64,000 nucleotides of DNA from the human T2T-CHM13v2.0 reference genome, Homo sapiens. The DNA lies in NCBI RefSeq assembly GCF_009914755.1, contig NC_060928.1; one strand, given 5' to 3'. Shown here one piece after another: positions 40,220-53,689 of the stretch (position 1 is the stretch's first letter; every line of letters starts with the position of its first letter). The notes below the pieces were generated by a model. It saw only the letters and a list, made by a program, of their open reading frames with translations, was not told the DNA's origin and did not search any database. Both the position numbers and the translations under genes were made by a program.

Positions 40220-40697
40220 TATATTAGTTTCTTATTGCTGCCATTACAAACTCCCATAAACAGAGTGGCTTAAAACAATAGAAATTTATTTGTGTTGTAG
40301 TTCTGGAGGTCAAAAGTCCAAAATGAGTCTCAAATCACAGTGTCAACAAGGGCTGAATTTGTTCTGGAAATTCTAGGAAAGAATCTATTTCCTTCCCTTT
40401 TCCAGTTTCTAAAGACTGCCCCCACTCCTTGGTGCATGGCTCTATTCTTCCATCTTCAAATCTAGTAACATCAGGTTGAATCCATTTGCCTCCCTCTTTC
40501 ACTATTAATGACTCTCAAACTTACATTGGGCCCATCCACATAATCCAAGATGATCTCTTCACTTAAAGGTCATCTGAATTACATTTTAATTATATCTACA
40601 ACGCTAATTCTCCTTTGCCATGCAAGTTAACATGTTTGCAGTTTCTGTGGATAATAACATAATCAGCTTTGTGGAGGTCATTATTTTGCCTATCACA
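40220..40697 (-). mobile_element. MLT1D-like MaLR solo LTR
   Basis: tattagtttcttattgctgccattacaaac...gtggcttaaaacaa...ttacattgggcccatcc...cattattttgcctatcaca. Confidence 0.85.
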
Positions 40698-41494
40698 GAC
40701 GCCTAGATGACTTTAGCATGATTACATTTGGAGCTAAGTAAAACTCATCCAGGTCATGAGAGTGATGGCTAGAGGCTAAAGATGGTGAGGCATGACAATG
40801 TGAGGCTTATATCATAAGATAGAACTTGGTATAGAAGGGCCAAACTGCTTGGTATCAATGACATTGGTGTACCATGTTTATTGCAGTGCTTGCTGCTGGA
40901 GGTTTATAGTGTCTGCCACTAGATGGCTGGACTCTTGGGTTTGAGAGGCCAACCCATACTTAAAAGTACTGGGATAAAGTGACATCTATGTATCACACTG
41001 TTGAACCTCTAGTTTTCTAAAACATAATTGCCAGAGCAGCAAAAGTCTTAGAAAATAAGATCCTTACAATCTTTTAGTTTCCTTTGCTGACGATGTAATA
41101 AAAATAATAGATTACGCTAGAACATTTGCAGTGTTCCTGGTAGTATTCTAAATACTTCAAATAAACTAAATTGCTTAAGTTTCTCAAGAACCATTGGAGG
41201 CAGAATAGTTAGAAACAGTAAGCTTGAATAACTTGTCTGATACTCTACTACAATAGTTTAAATCTATATGATTTTAGAGTATGAGTTCTCACCTCTACCG
41301 TTTCTCTCTTCAGGAATTCTTCCTCTACTACATGTGCTCTTTCAGAGTTTTGAATTGCTATAAATAGATAACTTCCAGAAGGAAGAAATGGTCCTTTCTG
41401 CCAATATTGGCATTTACAGTTGTTAATATGTGTTGATTAAACATTATAGTAACATTGCTTATACAACAAACTGGTAAAGTGAAATACAACAATT

Positions 41495-41780
41495 ACAGTT
41501 AGGTATCACTTCATCTGGAAAGTCTTTCCTGCACTCTACCATACATATTCTGGAAATATTTATTTAATATTTTCTCCCAGAGGGCTGTGGATAGTGAATT
41601 TCTAAGCATTTATAACAGTGTTATATTTACCTGTTTACTTGGCTCTTTATAGTACATGACGCTCAATCAAACTGTATAATTAACAATGTATTACCTCTTG
41701 TATATCTAGCACATTCTATAGTGGCTGGAGTATAGTTGATACTAAAAAAAAATTCTTAGTGAAATAATGTGTAAATGAGT
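41495..41780 (+). mobile_element. L2 3' fragment
   Basis: atcacttcatctggaaagtctttcctg ... ttgtatatctagcac...atagtggctgg. Confidence 0.55.
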
Positions 41781-41839
41781 AACTGATGGGTTCCAGGAAG
41801 TGTTTTTTATATAAGAATAATTTTTCTTCCGCCTCACAG

Positions 41840-44800
41840 GAGGAGATTGTGGCAGTATTCCCTTCTCTTCCGTTTTCTGAAAGATTTTGAATAGATTTGA
41901 TACTAATTCTTCCTTATATTTTTGGTATAATTCAACAGTGGAGCAAGCTGGGCATGTGGTTTTCTTACTTGGAAGCTTTTAAACCTTGTATTCAATTTTA
42001 TTTTATTTTATTGATATAGGGCTATGCCTATTTCTTCTTGAGTGATATTTGTGTCTTTTAAGGAATTTGTCTATTTCATTTGTCTTAAAATTTATTGGCA
42101 TGAACTTATTAATAAGATTATCAAATATTTTACAGCATTGTCAAATTAAAATTTATGTATCACACAATTTGGTCATTTTTATTTTATTTATAAATGTATA
42201 CAACTGTTAGCAAAATCAATTTTAAAATATTTTCATCATTCTCAAAATAAAACCTGTACCCATTAACAGTTATTCTCCATTCCCCTCCAAACCCCTCAGC
42301 CCTAGACAGCTACAAATTTACTTTCTGTTTTATAGATTTACCTATTCCAGACATATAGTAAAGATGGAATCACAGTATGTCATTTTCTGTGACTGCTTGT
42401 TTGAATGCTTCTAGCATAATGTTTTCAAGGTCCACCTATATTGTAGTATGTATCAACGCTTTACTCCATTTTTAGCTTGGATGATAGTCCATCATATGGA
42501 TATATTAGTTCTCTTTTGACATTTGAGGTGTTTCCATGATTTGCTATTATACATAGTGCTGTTATGAAATTATGTGTACAAGTTTTGTGTGGACATATGT
42601 TTTTATTTCTTTGGGGTATGCACCGAGGAGTGAAATTGATGTATCATATGCTAAGTCTATATTTAACCATTTGAGGAACATCCAGAATGTTTTCCAAAGC
42701 AGCCTCACCATTTTACATTCCCACCACCAGTGTCTGAGGATTGCAGTTTCTCCTCATTCTTGCCAATACTTACTATGTCTGTTTTATCTTAGTTATCATA
42801 ATAAAAGTGAAATAGTATCTCATGTGGTTTTCATTTGCATTTTACTGTTGCTGACATTGAGCATCTTTTCCTGTTTTTAATGGACATCTGCATTAACATA
42901 TTCCATAGATAAATGTTTACAGATCCTTTGCCTACTTTCTAAATTGTTTGTATTTTATGATTGAATTATAAGCGCTCTTTGCATATTCCAGATATAATTC
43001 TCTCATCAAATATAGTATTTGCAAATATTTCTCCTGAGATTATCTTTTAGCTTTCCTTATGATATATGTTTTGTTTCTAATGGTAAAACTTCTGAGGCAA
43101 AAAGTTAATTTTAGTGAAGTCTAATTAATCTATTTTTTGTTAGTTGGTTGTACTTTAGTGTCTTAGCCTTTACCCAAGCTAAGGTCATGAAGATTTATTC
43201 TCATATTTTCTTCTAAGAATTTTATAGAGTTTTAGTTCTTATAGTTAGGTCTATGATCTACCTTTATTTAATTTTGTGTATGGGATGAGGCCCAACTTCA
43301 TTCTTTTGCATGAGACTGTCCGATTGTCTCAGAATGGTTAGTAGAAAAGACTATTGTGTCCTATCGAATTTTCCTAGCACCTAATCAAGAAGTAATGGTC
43401 TATAAATGTTAAGCATTGTTTCTGAACTTCCAGTTCTTTTCCATTGATCTTTATAACTACCCTTGTGCCAATACCACTCTGTCTTAATTACTGTAACTTT
43501 GTGGTGAATTTTGAAATTGGCAATTGTGGCTTCTTCAATTTTGTTCTTTTAAAAGTTGGTTTGGCTATTCTGGGTCCCCTGAATTTGCATATAAGTTATA
43601 GGATCAGCTTGATAAATTCTGCAAGGAAAGTATTTGGGATTTTGATGAAAATTGCATTGAAGTTACATCAATTTCAGGATTTTTGCCATCTTAATAATAA
43701 TGTCTTGCAATCCAATAATGTGATTAACATAAGATGGCTTTTCATTTACTTAAGTCTTCTTTATTTCAATTATTTCACACCAAAGTGTGCGTGTGTGTGT
43801 ATGTGTATTAGTTTTCAGTGTCTTATACTTCTTTTGTTAATTTCTAAATTTATTTTTAATTCAAGTTTTATTATTTTTCATTGCACTGCTAATGAGATTT
43901 TTTTAAAATATCACTTTTAGATTGTTTATTGCTATTGTGTGGGATATAATTTATTTTTAGATATTGATTTTGTATCCTGCAACCTTGCTGAACTCATTTA
44001 TTAATCGTATAGTTTTTAAAGTAGACTCTGTTTTTTATGCCTAAGATTATGTCATCTGGAATATTGATAGCTTTCTTTCCTTCTTTCCAATCTAGGTGTT
44101 TTAAATTTATTTTTCTGCCCTAATTGATCTGCCTAGCGCTTCTCACGACAATATTAAACAGAACTGTGAAGAACATAGATCTATATATTTTTCCTGATCC
44201 TAATGAGAAAGTATTTTGCATTTCATGGTTAGGTAGAATGTTAGCTGTAGGGTTTTCATACATGTCCTTTATAAGGTTGAGGAAATCTCTTTATAGTTCA
44301 AGTTCATTTAGTGTTTTGGATTTTTTTTTTTTTTTGACACTACGTCGCACACTGTCACCCAGGCTGGAATGCAGTGGCACAATCATAGCTCACTGTAACC
44401 TGAAATTCCTGGGTGCTGAAGTTATCCTATTGCCTCAGCATCCCAGATAGCTAGGACTAGAAGAGCATACCACCATATCTAGCTAGTTTTTAAAATTTTT
44501 TGCAGAGAAGAGGTCTCACCATGTTGCCAGGCTGGTCTCAAATTCCTGGACTCAAGTGATCCTCCCACTTTGGCCTCCCAAAGCACTGGGATTAATGACA
44601 TGCATAAGCCACTACACCAAGCTAGATTTTTTTTTCAAATTCTTTTTCTACATCGAATAATATGACTGTGGTTTCTAACCTTTATTCTATTGATATAATG
44701 TATTATATTAATATATTTTTACATGTTGAACCAATCTTACATTTCTGGGATAAATCTCAGTAGTCATAGTTTATAATCATCTTTTATGTTTGCTGGAATT

Positions 44801-46026
44801 GATTTGCTTATGTTTTGTTGAGGATTATTTGTACATATATTCATAGGAGATATGTTCTATAGTGCCTTGTTATGTTTTTATCTAGTTTCCATATCAGGGT
44901 ATTACTTGCTTCATAGGATGAGTTGGTTGTGTATTCTCTTCTATTTTTGAAAGAGTTTATCAATAATTGACATTAATTCTTAATTTAATATTAGGTAGAA
45001 TTCTCTAGTGAAGCCATTTGGGCTTGGACTCTACTTTATCGGATGGCTTTTAAATTCAATCTCTCTATTTGTACAGGTCTGGGCAGATTTTAAATTCTCC
45101 TTGAGAAAATTTCAGAAGTTCATTTCTTTTAAGAGTATCGCTTATTTAATCTAGGTTACCTAATTTTATAACTACATACTTGTTCATAGTTGTCCCTAGT
45201 AATGCTTTTTATTCCTTAAGGTGGTAGTGATGTTCCATTTCATTTTTGACTTTAGAAAGTTAAGACTTCTCTTTCTTCTTAGTAAATGTAGCTAATAGAT
45301 TGTCAATTCTATTGATCTTTTTAAATAACTAACTTCGAGTTTCATTGATTTTCTATTCTGTTTTATTTCCTTAACTTTAAGATAAATACCTAACTTAGTA
45401 TTTCTTTCCTTTGAATGCTCTATGTTTTGTTTGCTTTTTTTGTCCAGCATTTTAAGGTGCAAGATTAAGTTATTGATTTGAGATCTTTTTTTTTTTCATT
45501 AGTTTAGATGTTTACAGCTACAAATTTTTCTTTATGCACTGCTTTAGCCCCATACATAAATTTTGGTTTGTTACAATTTTCATTTTAATTCATCATAATA
45601 TTGTTTCTCTAGCAATTTTCCATTTGATTTATTATTTGAACTATTCATTGAGTATATTGTTTAATTTTTACATATGTATGAACTTCTAAAATTTCTTTGT
45701 TATTAATTTCTAAGTTCATACCACTGTGGTTGACAAACATGCTTTATTCCAATACTCTTAAATTTATTCAGGCTTGTCTTATGGTCTATCCTAGATATGG
45801 TCTATTCTAGAAGTGTTCAGTATGCACTGGGAAAGAACGCATGTACTGTTGCTGTGTAGTAGATTGTTTTATAGATATTTCTCATGGCTATTTGGTTTAC
45901 ATTGTCATTTTAGTCTTCTTTTCTCCTGTTGATTAGTAACCTACTTGCGACTTGCTCTATCCGTTAACTAAAAGTGAAGTGTTAGCATCTCCAGCTAATG
46001 ATTTTGAATTGTGTATTTCTAACTTC
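41840..46026 (-). mobile_element. Old L1M (L1MB/MC-like) 3' end and ORF2; includes a separate ORF2 fragment at 41840-42120
   Basis: Continuous antisense L1 ORF2-like sequence, for example tgattttgtatcctgcaaccttgctgaactcatttatt. Confidence 0.85.
44321..44623 (-). mobile_element. AluJ
   Basis: Diverged dimer with J diagnostics (aatcatagctcactgtaacc, ctcaagtgatcctcccac). Confidence 0.9.
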
Positions 46027-48712
46027 AGGAGCAGGTTGTTCAGTTTCCATGTACTTGGGCGGTTTTCAGTGAGTTTCTTAAACCTGAGTTCTAGTTTGAT
46101 TGCACTGTGGTCTGAGAGACAGTTTGTTATAATTTCTTTTCTTTTATATTTGCTGAGGAGTGCTTCACTTCCAACTATGTGGTCAATTTTGGAATAAGTG
46201 TGACGTGGTGCTGAGAAGAATGTATATTCTGTTGATTTGGGGTAGAGAGTTCTGTAGATGTCTATTAGGTCTGCTCGGTGCAGAGCTGAGATCAATTCCT
46301 GGATACGCTTGTTAACTTTCTGTCTTGTTGATCTGTCTAATGTTGACAGTGGGGTGTTAAAGTCTCCCATTATTCTTGTGTGGGAGTCTAAGTCTCTTTG
46401 CAGGTCTCTAAGGACTTGCTTTATGAATCTGGGTGCTCCTGTATTGGGTGCATATATATTTAGAATAGTTAGCTCTTCTTGTTGAATTCATCCCTTTACC
46501 ATTATGTAATGGCCTTCTTTGTCTCTTTTGATCTTTGTTGGTTTAAAGTCTGTTTTATCAGAAACAAGGATTGCATCCCCTGCTTTTTGTGCTTTCCATT
46601 TGCTTGGTAGATCTTCCTCCATCCCTTTATTTTGAGCCTATGTGCATCCTTGTATGTGAGATGGGTCTCCTGAATACAGCACACTGATGGGTCTTGACTC
46701 TTTATCCAATTTGCAAGTCTGTGTCTGTCTTTTAATTGGGGCATTTAGCCCATTTACATTTAAGGTTAATATTGTTATGTGTGAATTTGATCCTGTCATT
46801 ATGATGTTCTCTGGTTATTTTGCCCATTAATTGATGCAGTTTCTTCATAGCATCAATAGTCTTTATAATTTGGCAATTTTTTGCAGTGGCTGGTACTAAT
46901 TGTTTCTTTCCATGTTTAGTGCTTCCTTCACAAGCTCTTGTAAGGCAGGCCTGGTGGTGACAAAATCTCTCAGCATTTGCTTGTTTGTGAAGAATTTTAT
47001 TTCTCCTTCACTTATGAAGCTTAGTTTGGCTGGATATGAAATTCTGGGTTGAAAATTCTTTTCTTTAAGAATGTTGAATATTGGTCCCCACTCTCTTCTG
47101 GCTTGTAGGGTTTTTGCTGAGAGATCTGCTGTTAGTCTGATTGGCTTCCCTTTGTGGGTAACTCAACCCTTCTTTCTGGCTGCCCTTAACACTTTTTCCT
47201 TCATTTCAACCTTGGCGAATCTGACAATTATGTGTCTTGGGGTTGCTGTTCTCGAGGAATATCTTTGTGCTGTTCTTTGTATTTCCTGAATTTGAATGTT
47301 GGCCTGCCTTGCTATGTTCAGGAAGTTCTCCTGGATAATATCCTGAAGAGTGTTTTCCAACTTGGTTCCATTCTCCCCATCACTTTCAGGTACACCAGTC
47401 AAATGTAGATTTGGTCTTTTCACATAGTCCCATATTGCTTGGAGGCTTTGTTCTTTTCTTTTTACTCTTTTTTGTCTAACCTTGTTTTCTTGCTTTATTT
47501 CATTAATTGGATCTTCAATCACTGATACCCTTTCTTCCACTTGATCGAATTGGCTATGGAAGCTTGTGCATGCGTCACGAAGTTCTTGTGCCATGATTTT
47601 CATCTCCATCAGGTAATTTAAGATCTTCTCTACACTGTTTATTCTAGTTAGCCATTTGTCTAATCTTTTTTCAAGGTTTTTAGCTTCCTTGCAATGGGTT
47701 TGAACATCCTCCTTTAGCTTGGAGAATTTTGTTATTACCGAACTTCTGAAGCCTACTTCTGTCAACTCATCAAAGTCATTCTCCATCCAGCTTTGTTCTG
47801 TTGCTGGCGAGGAGCTGAGATCCTTTGGAGGAGAAGAGGTGCTCTGAATTTTAGAATTTTCAGCTTTTCTGCTCGGGTTTCTCCTCATCTTTGTGGTTTT
47901 ATCTACCTTTGGTTTTTGATGTTGGTGACCTGCAGATGGGGTTTTGGTGTAGATGAGCTTTGTGTTGATGTTTATGCTATTCCTTTCTGTTAGTTTTCCT
48001 TCTAACAATCAGGTCCCTCAGCTGCAGGTCTGCTGGAGTTTGCTGGAGTTCCACTCCAGACCCTGTTTGCCTGGGTATCACCAGCAGAGGCTTCAGAACA
48101 GCAAATATGGCAGAACAGCAAATATTGCTGCCTGATCCTTCCTCTGGAAGCTTTGTCCCAGAGGGGCAGCCGCCTATATGAGGTGTCTGTCGGCCCCTAC
48201 TGGGAGGTGTCTCCCAGTTAGGCTACAAGGGGGTCAGGGACCCACTTGAGGAGGCAGTCTGTCCGTTTTCAGAGCTCAAATGTCATGCTGGGAGAATCAC
48301 TGCTCTCTTCAGAGCTGTCAGACAGGGACTTTTAAGTCTGCAGAAGTTGTCTGCTGCCTTTTGTTCAGCTATGCCCTGCCCACAGAGGTGGAGTCTAGAG
48401 GCAACAGGCCTTGCTGAGCTGCGGTGTACTCCACCCAGTTCCAGCTTCCCGGCCGCTTTGTTTACCTACTCAAGCCTCAGCAATGTGGACACCTCTCCCC
48501 CAGCCAGGTTGCCATCTCACAGATAGATCTCAGACTGCTGCGCTAGCAGTGAGCAAAGCTCCATGGGCATGGGAGCCACAGAGCCAGGCTCAGGAGAGAA
48601 TCACCTTGTCTGCCAGTTGCTAAGACCTCAGTTGGAAATGCAGAAATCACCTGTCTTCTGCATTGATCACACTGGGAGCTGCAGACCGGAGCTGTTCCTA
48701 TTTGGCCATCTT
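46023..48712 (-). mobile_element. L1PA7/8-like 5' half (5' UTR, ORF1, ORF2 endonuclease N-terminus), no 3' end
   Basis: 5' end aagatggccaaataggaacagctccggtctgcagctccc; ORF1 WDYVKRPNL..PESDGENGTKLENTLQDIIQENF; EN motifs CCIQETHL, GDFNTPLS, HTYSKIDH, SDHSAIKLEL. Confidence 0.95.
47163..47891 (-). pseudogene. L1 ORF1p remnant, open for about 240 codons from MRRNPSRK, C-terminus disrupted
   Basis: ORF track 47163-48008; coiled-coil and RRM motifs; premature stop after ARKKG. Confidence 0.85.
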
Positions 48713-48849
48713 CACATTTTTTGCTTTAAAGCATGTTTTGTTTGATAATGGTATATCAACTCCAGTGTTCTTGATGTTGCTTATGTAAAATATATTTTAC
48801 CATACTTTAACTTCTAAACTCTTTGTATTTTTAAATCTAAAGTACATCT

Positions 48850-49755
48850 CTGATTTTATTCATATTGTCAACAATGACAGAATTTCTTTCTTTTAAAGGC
48901 TGTATAGTATTCAATTGTGTATATATACCACTTTTTCCTTATCCATTCATTCAGTGATGGACACTGAGTATGCTTCTATGTGTTGGCTATTGTGAATAAT
49001 GCTGAAATGAATATGGGAATGCTGATATCTTTTTGAAAGAACAATTTCAGTTCCTTTGGCCATACCCAAAAGTGGGATTGTTAGATCATATGGTAATTCT
49101 ATTTTTATTTTTTGAGGAACCTCCATACTATTTTTCAAAATGACTGTACTAATTTATATTCCCACCAATAATGTGCAAGGCTTTATTTTTCTCTACATCC
49201 TCACCAACACTTGTTATCACTTGTCTTTTAGTTAATAACAATTCTAACAGGTGTGAGATGCTATTTCATTGTGTTTTTATGTGTATTTCCCTGTTGATTA
49301 AAGATGTTGAGCATTTTTTTCATGTATCTGTCAGGCACAGAAAGATAAATAATGTAAGAGCTCAATTATATGTAGAATCTAAAAATGTTAATATCATAGA
49401 AACAGAGAGTAGAAAATTATTTACCAGAGGATGGGGGAGAGGAGGAGATGTAAGAGAAAGATAAGATATTGATCAAAGGGTACAAAGTCTCAGTTAGACT
49501 AGAGGAATAGATTTCAGTGATCTATTGCACTGCATACTGGCCACAGTAAATAATAATGTCCTTTATATTTCAAAATTGCTGAAGAAATTGATGTTTAATG
49601 TTCTCACCACATACACAAAAAATAAGTTGAGGCAATAGATATGTTGATTAGCATGACTTAGTTTTTCTAGAATGTGCACGTAAATCAGAACATCACCTTG
49701 TGCCCCATAAATATACACAATTATTATTTGTCTATTGGAAATAAATAAATAAAAT
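48850..49755. mobile_element. L1MA-like element with 5' inversion (antisense 48850-49331, sense 3' end 49332-49755)
   Basis: Antisense ORF2 C-terminus (KNSMEVPQKIKIELPYD) abuts sense caggcacagaaagataaa...; 3' UTR and A-rich tail. Confidence 0.85.
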
Positions 49756-49770
49756 TTCTGGCATCAAAAA

Positions 49771-49935
49771 TGAGGGGTTGGCAAACTGTGGCCCACAAGC
49801 CAAATCTGACTCACTGCTTGTTTTTATATTTTTTAAATATTGAAGAAAAAAGTAAAAGAAGAATTGATATTTTATGACATGTAAAAATTATGTGAAATTA
49901 AACCTTCAGTGATGTAGAGTTTTATTAAGCCACAT
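49771..49935 (+). mobile_element. MER58B-like hAT-Charlie fragment
   Basis: aggggttggcaaactgtggcccacaagccaaatctg...aaaattatgtgaaatt. Confidence 0.7.
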
Positions 49936-51296
49936 AAAAATAAAGATGTCTTCTGCAAAGACATTGTAGCATATAGTTGAACCTTGAATTTTTAATAAAT
50001 GTAGTCAAGATTAACAGTACTCACCTGTTAATCGTGTTGTGGTTACTTTGTACATAACACATTATTTTCTTTTGATTTAAAGATTTAAGATGTTCTTTTT
50101 AATAGTCTCTGATATTTAAATGGATTTCTCCATCCATTCATATTTAATATTATTATTAATGTAGTTGAATTTACGTCTGCCATTTTAGTTTTGTTTTCCA
50201 CGTATCTTCATCTTTTTATTCTTTTTATCCTTCTTTACTATTTCTTATGCGTTACTTGGATATTTTCTAGTATAAAATTTTAATTACTTTGATGTAATTT
50301 AATTTAATTTAATGACTTTTGGAGTCATTGTCATAGTGCTTTTTAGAGTGCTTACACTGTGCATTTTAACTTACCAGAATCTACTTTAGATTTATACTAA
50401 ATTCCACTGAAATATAGAAATATTACTCCTATATAGCTCTATTTATATTTTTCATTTTGTGCTATTATTGTTATACATATATCTATATCTTACATGCCAC
50501 AGAATGTACTTATATAAATTTTCGATAATAATAATAAGTTTATCAAAAGTTAAAAAGCCTTTTAAAGAAGTGTAGCAAAGAAAAGATTGTATTTATAGTG
50601 TTTACTATATTTCCATTCTTGTTTACTATTTCTGTTACTTTTCATATGGTGCTAGAGATTGAAGTTGTCATTTCTTGTCCAGTATAACTTAATATAGCTT
50701 TGTTTGCACCTGCCTCCATTATGCTTTTATTGCCAAATATGTTATATCACATTAGTGTATATAATAGAACAGAGCGTTCTTTCTCTTTCCCTGTATATGT
50801 ATATAGAGGTGATTTTGAGTCAATTAAGAGAAGAAAAACAAACATGCAATTACATTGTTTATAATTACCTACATAATTATCTTTACCACTTTTTGTTTCA
50901 TATGGATTCAAATACTTGCCCTGAGCCTAAAGAACATTCTTTAATATTTCTTGTGAAGCAGGTTATCTTGTAACAAGTAATCTCAGCTTTGGTTTACCTC
51001 AGGATATCTTCATTTTGCCTTCATTTTGGAAGTTAGTTTTGTTTGATATAAAATTCTTGGTTGTTTCTTTCAGTATTCTGAACATGTTTCTCTTTGTCTT
51101 GTCATCTTTGAGTGGTCACCTGTTAATCTTCTTGTGGCTACCTTGAACATAACACATTATTTTCTTTTGATTTAAAGATTTAAGGTTTTCCTTTTGACTT
51201 TCAACATTTGTATATGGTGCATTGTGGAGAATGATCTCTTTCTGTTTTTCCTATCTGGAGTTTATACCCACTGTTTTGACATCTCAATTAAGCTTG

Positions 51297-51868
51297 TGTA
51301 TTAGTCAAGGTTTCCAGACAGAACCAAAAGGATAGATAGACAGACAGACAGATATAGATACGTGAGAGCATGCTTATTAGTGGATTTGCTCATGTGATTA
51401 TAGATGCTGGGAAGTCCCATGACAAGCTGTCTGCTAACTGGAGACCCTGGGGTGTTAGTAGCATGGCTCAGTTCAAGCCTGAAGGTCTCAGAACCAGAGA
51501 AGCTAATAGTATAACTATCAGTCTGAAGTCAAAGGTCTGAGAACTTGGGATGCTGCTGGTTTAAGTCCTGAAGTCCAAAGACTGAGGAGCCTGGAATTCT
51601 TATCCAAGGACAGGATAGGAAAAGTGAATCCCAGCTCTAGTAGATAAATTGGCATTTTTGCTATTTTGATTTTATTCTCTCTGGGCCCCCAGCAGACTGG
51701 ATGGTGACTATCCACATTGAAGGCAGATCTTCTACACCTAGTCCACTGAGACTCACATGCCAATCTCATAACACCCACAGACACACCGAAAAATAATACT
51801 TTACCAGGTTTCTAGTTTCTAAGTAGACCTTAATCCAGTCATGTTGACAACTAAAATTAACCATGGCA
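51297..51868 (-). mobile_element. MLT2B-like ERVL solo LTR
   Basis: tgtattagtcaaggtttccagacagaacc...taatccagtcatgttgacaactaaaattaaccat. Confidence 0.88.
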
Positions 51869-52459
51869 ACTTTAAATTCCCCATGATTGCTACAAATAAG
51901 TTTAGTTCTTATAAGAAGAGCCCTCTGTTTTTATAGCTTGCCTCTTCCACTTGACAAAACCCTGTCACTGCTGTGGATATGGGTGTAGGGAAAGTGACAT
52001 GCTTATCATGAAGTAACACACTTGCTTTATGGGGGTCAATGGATGCGGCAGTGGCTTTTCATCTTCTTTGTTTGCCTCCCTTGTTGTAGAACCTCTGCCT
52101 TATGAGAAAGCTGGGGTGCAGGAAATTGAGGTCTAGTATTCTTGCTCTGTCATGACTGGGGTAGAGCTTCTAAGTGGGTGCTGGGTGATTGTAAGGAGCT
52201 CCAGACCTCAAAGCTATTCTTGCTTGTGGTGGAACTTCTGTATCATGAGTGTGTGTGTATGTGTGTGTGTGAGTGAAATATTCTGATGGTCTTCTCCTCC
52301 TAAGGAGTTATAATAATCATAGAATAGGAATTGGGATTTGAGGAATAGCGAGTCCTGTGTTTTTAGGTCCGCCTGCCTGGAGCATAGCTTCTGTCATGCT
52401 GAGCTGTAGGGTGAGGGGGCAGGTGCTGAGAGAGAATGGCAGGTAGTTTTTGATGGCTT

Positions 52460-52585
52460 AAATACCATAAGCACAGATAAGTTAAGCAATTTGATCAAGG
52501 TCACAGTCAGTAAGTGTTTGAGCCAGTATTCAAACCCAAAGAGTCTGACTCTAAAATCTATGCTGTTGAACATTATACAATGCTG
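52460..52585 (-). mobile_element. MIR fragment
   Basis: gttaagcaatttgatcaaggtcacag...attcaaacccaaagagtctgactctaaaatctatgct. Confidence 0.75.
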
Positions 52586-53689
52586 CCTTTCACACATTTG
52601 CATTTATACGTGGTCTTGGCCAAACCTAATTCTCTATTCTCTTCTTGTTACTCCATTGCTTGTACTTTGCACTTTAACCTAGTGTTTATGTTTATCTCCA
52701 CTCACCAGTTTTTGTTTTTCTTCTTGATTCCATCCACACCTTTGTTTATACCGTGTTCTTTTCTTTTCTCCTCAAAATGCTTATCTGAAGCCTAATGGTC
52801 TAATTTCTATTTAACTTGTAAAACTCAACATGTATTTGAACCAGTTCAGGAAATTTGTTCTAATACACATCATGATTCTATTACTATACAGACTCATGTA
52901 TCATGCAATTATTATTAGACAAAATGACAACCATCCATCCAAAAGATCAATTGGTCTTTTTTTAGGTATTTGATGTATGTTATTTCCTTAGATTTAAGAG
53001 GTCAATAACTAGCAACTCCAGGTTTTTTGTCCATTAAATGTATAAATTAGTATTCTAGTGGCAACAATGAAAATATATCCTCAGCTCTCATTAGATAATG
53101 GAATTACCAGGCTTTGAATTCTTTATTTCTCAAAAAGTACTAAACACAACTTAAAGAGAATTGTTAGAAAGAGCTACATATATTCCACAGTTATATTTAT
53201 TCTAGAAGACATAAAATGTGTTTTTAAACACACTATACATGCTTTAAATGAGCTTTTCTTTGCTATAATACTGTCAGACTTTATTATGGGTTATTAGGTA
53301 ACAAACAAAATTAAATAAAGGAAACAAAGTGTGTAAAATTATTTACTATGTCTCCTGTAATAGTGTTGCTGAGAATATTGTTTATGTTAAGATATGGTTT
53401 CATATTAGTTTTCCTTATTCCTCCTATCCCTTCTCTTTTTTCTTCTCCTTCCCTTCCTTCTCCTTTTTCTTCATCTTCTATTTTTTGGACTATGTGTGTT
53501 GTGTGATTGCAGCTTTCCCATTTCTTTTGTCAGAAGATTTAGAGATAAATCCATGAGTCATTCATTTAAAAACTTATAAATTTTTACGTTATACAATTTT
53601 ATATCTCACTTGGGAGATACTTAATCTCTACCCTTGCACTTTCTACTTACATTTGGATATATGTTATCTTGGAGAATTAAAAAACATTG

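Larger units (their letters stand above)
48713..51290 (-). mobile_element. Continuation of the old L1M (EN start, inter-ORF and ORF1 remnants), with nested insertions
   Basis: ttgctttaaagcatgttttgtttgata... and catatagttgaacc...catatttaatattattattaat resume the element interrupted at 46026. Confidence 0.7.

Noticed and set aside
43444-43920. 158-aa hydrophobic ORF resembling a membrane protein
   Set aside because: An antisense reading of A-rich L1 ORF2, which gives F/L/I-rich frames.
30368-48712. The L1PA 3' piece (+) and L1PA 5' piece (-) being one element split by a 15-kb inversion
   Set aside because: The old L1M is collinear on both sides of the 5' piece, while the 3' piece is flanked by ERV and L1PB, so the flanks are incompatible.
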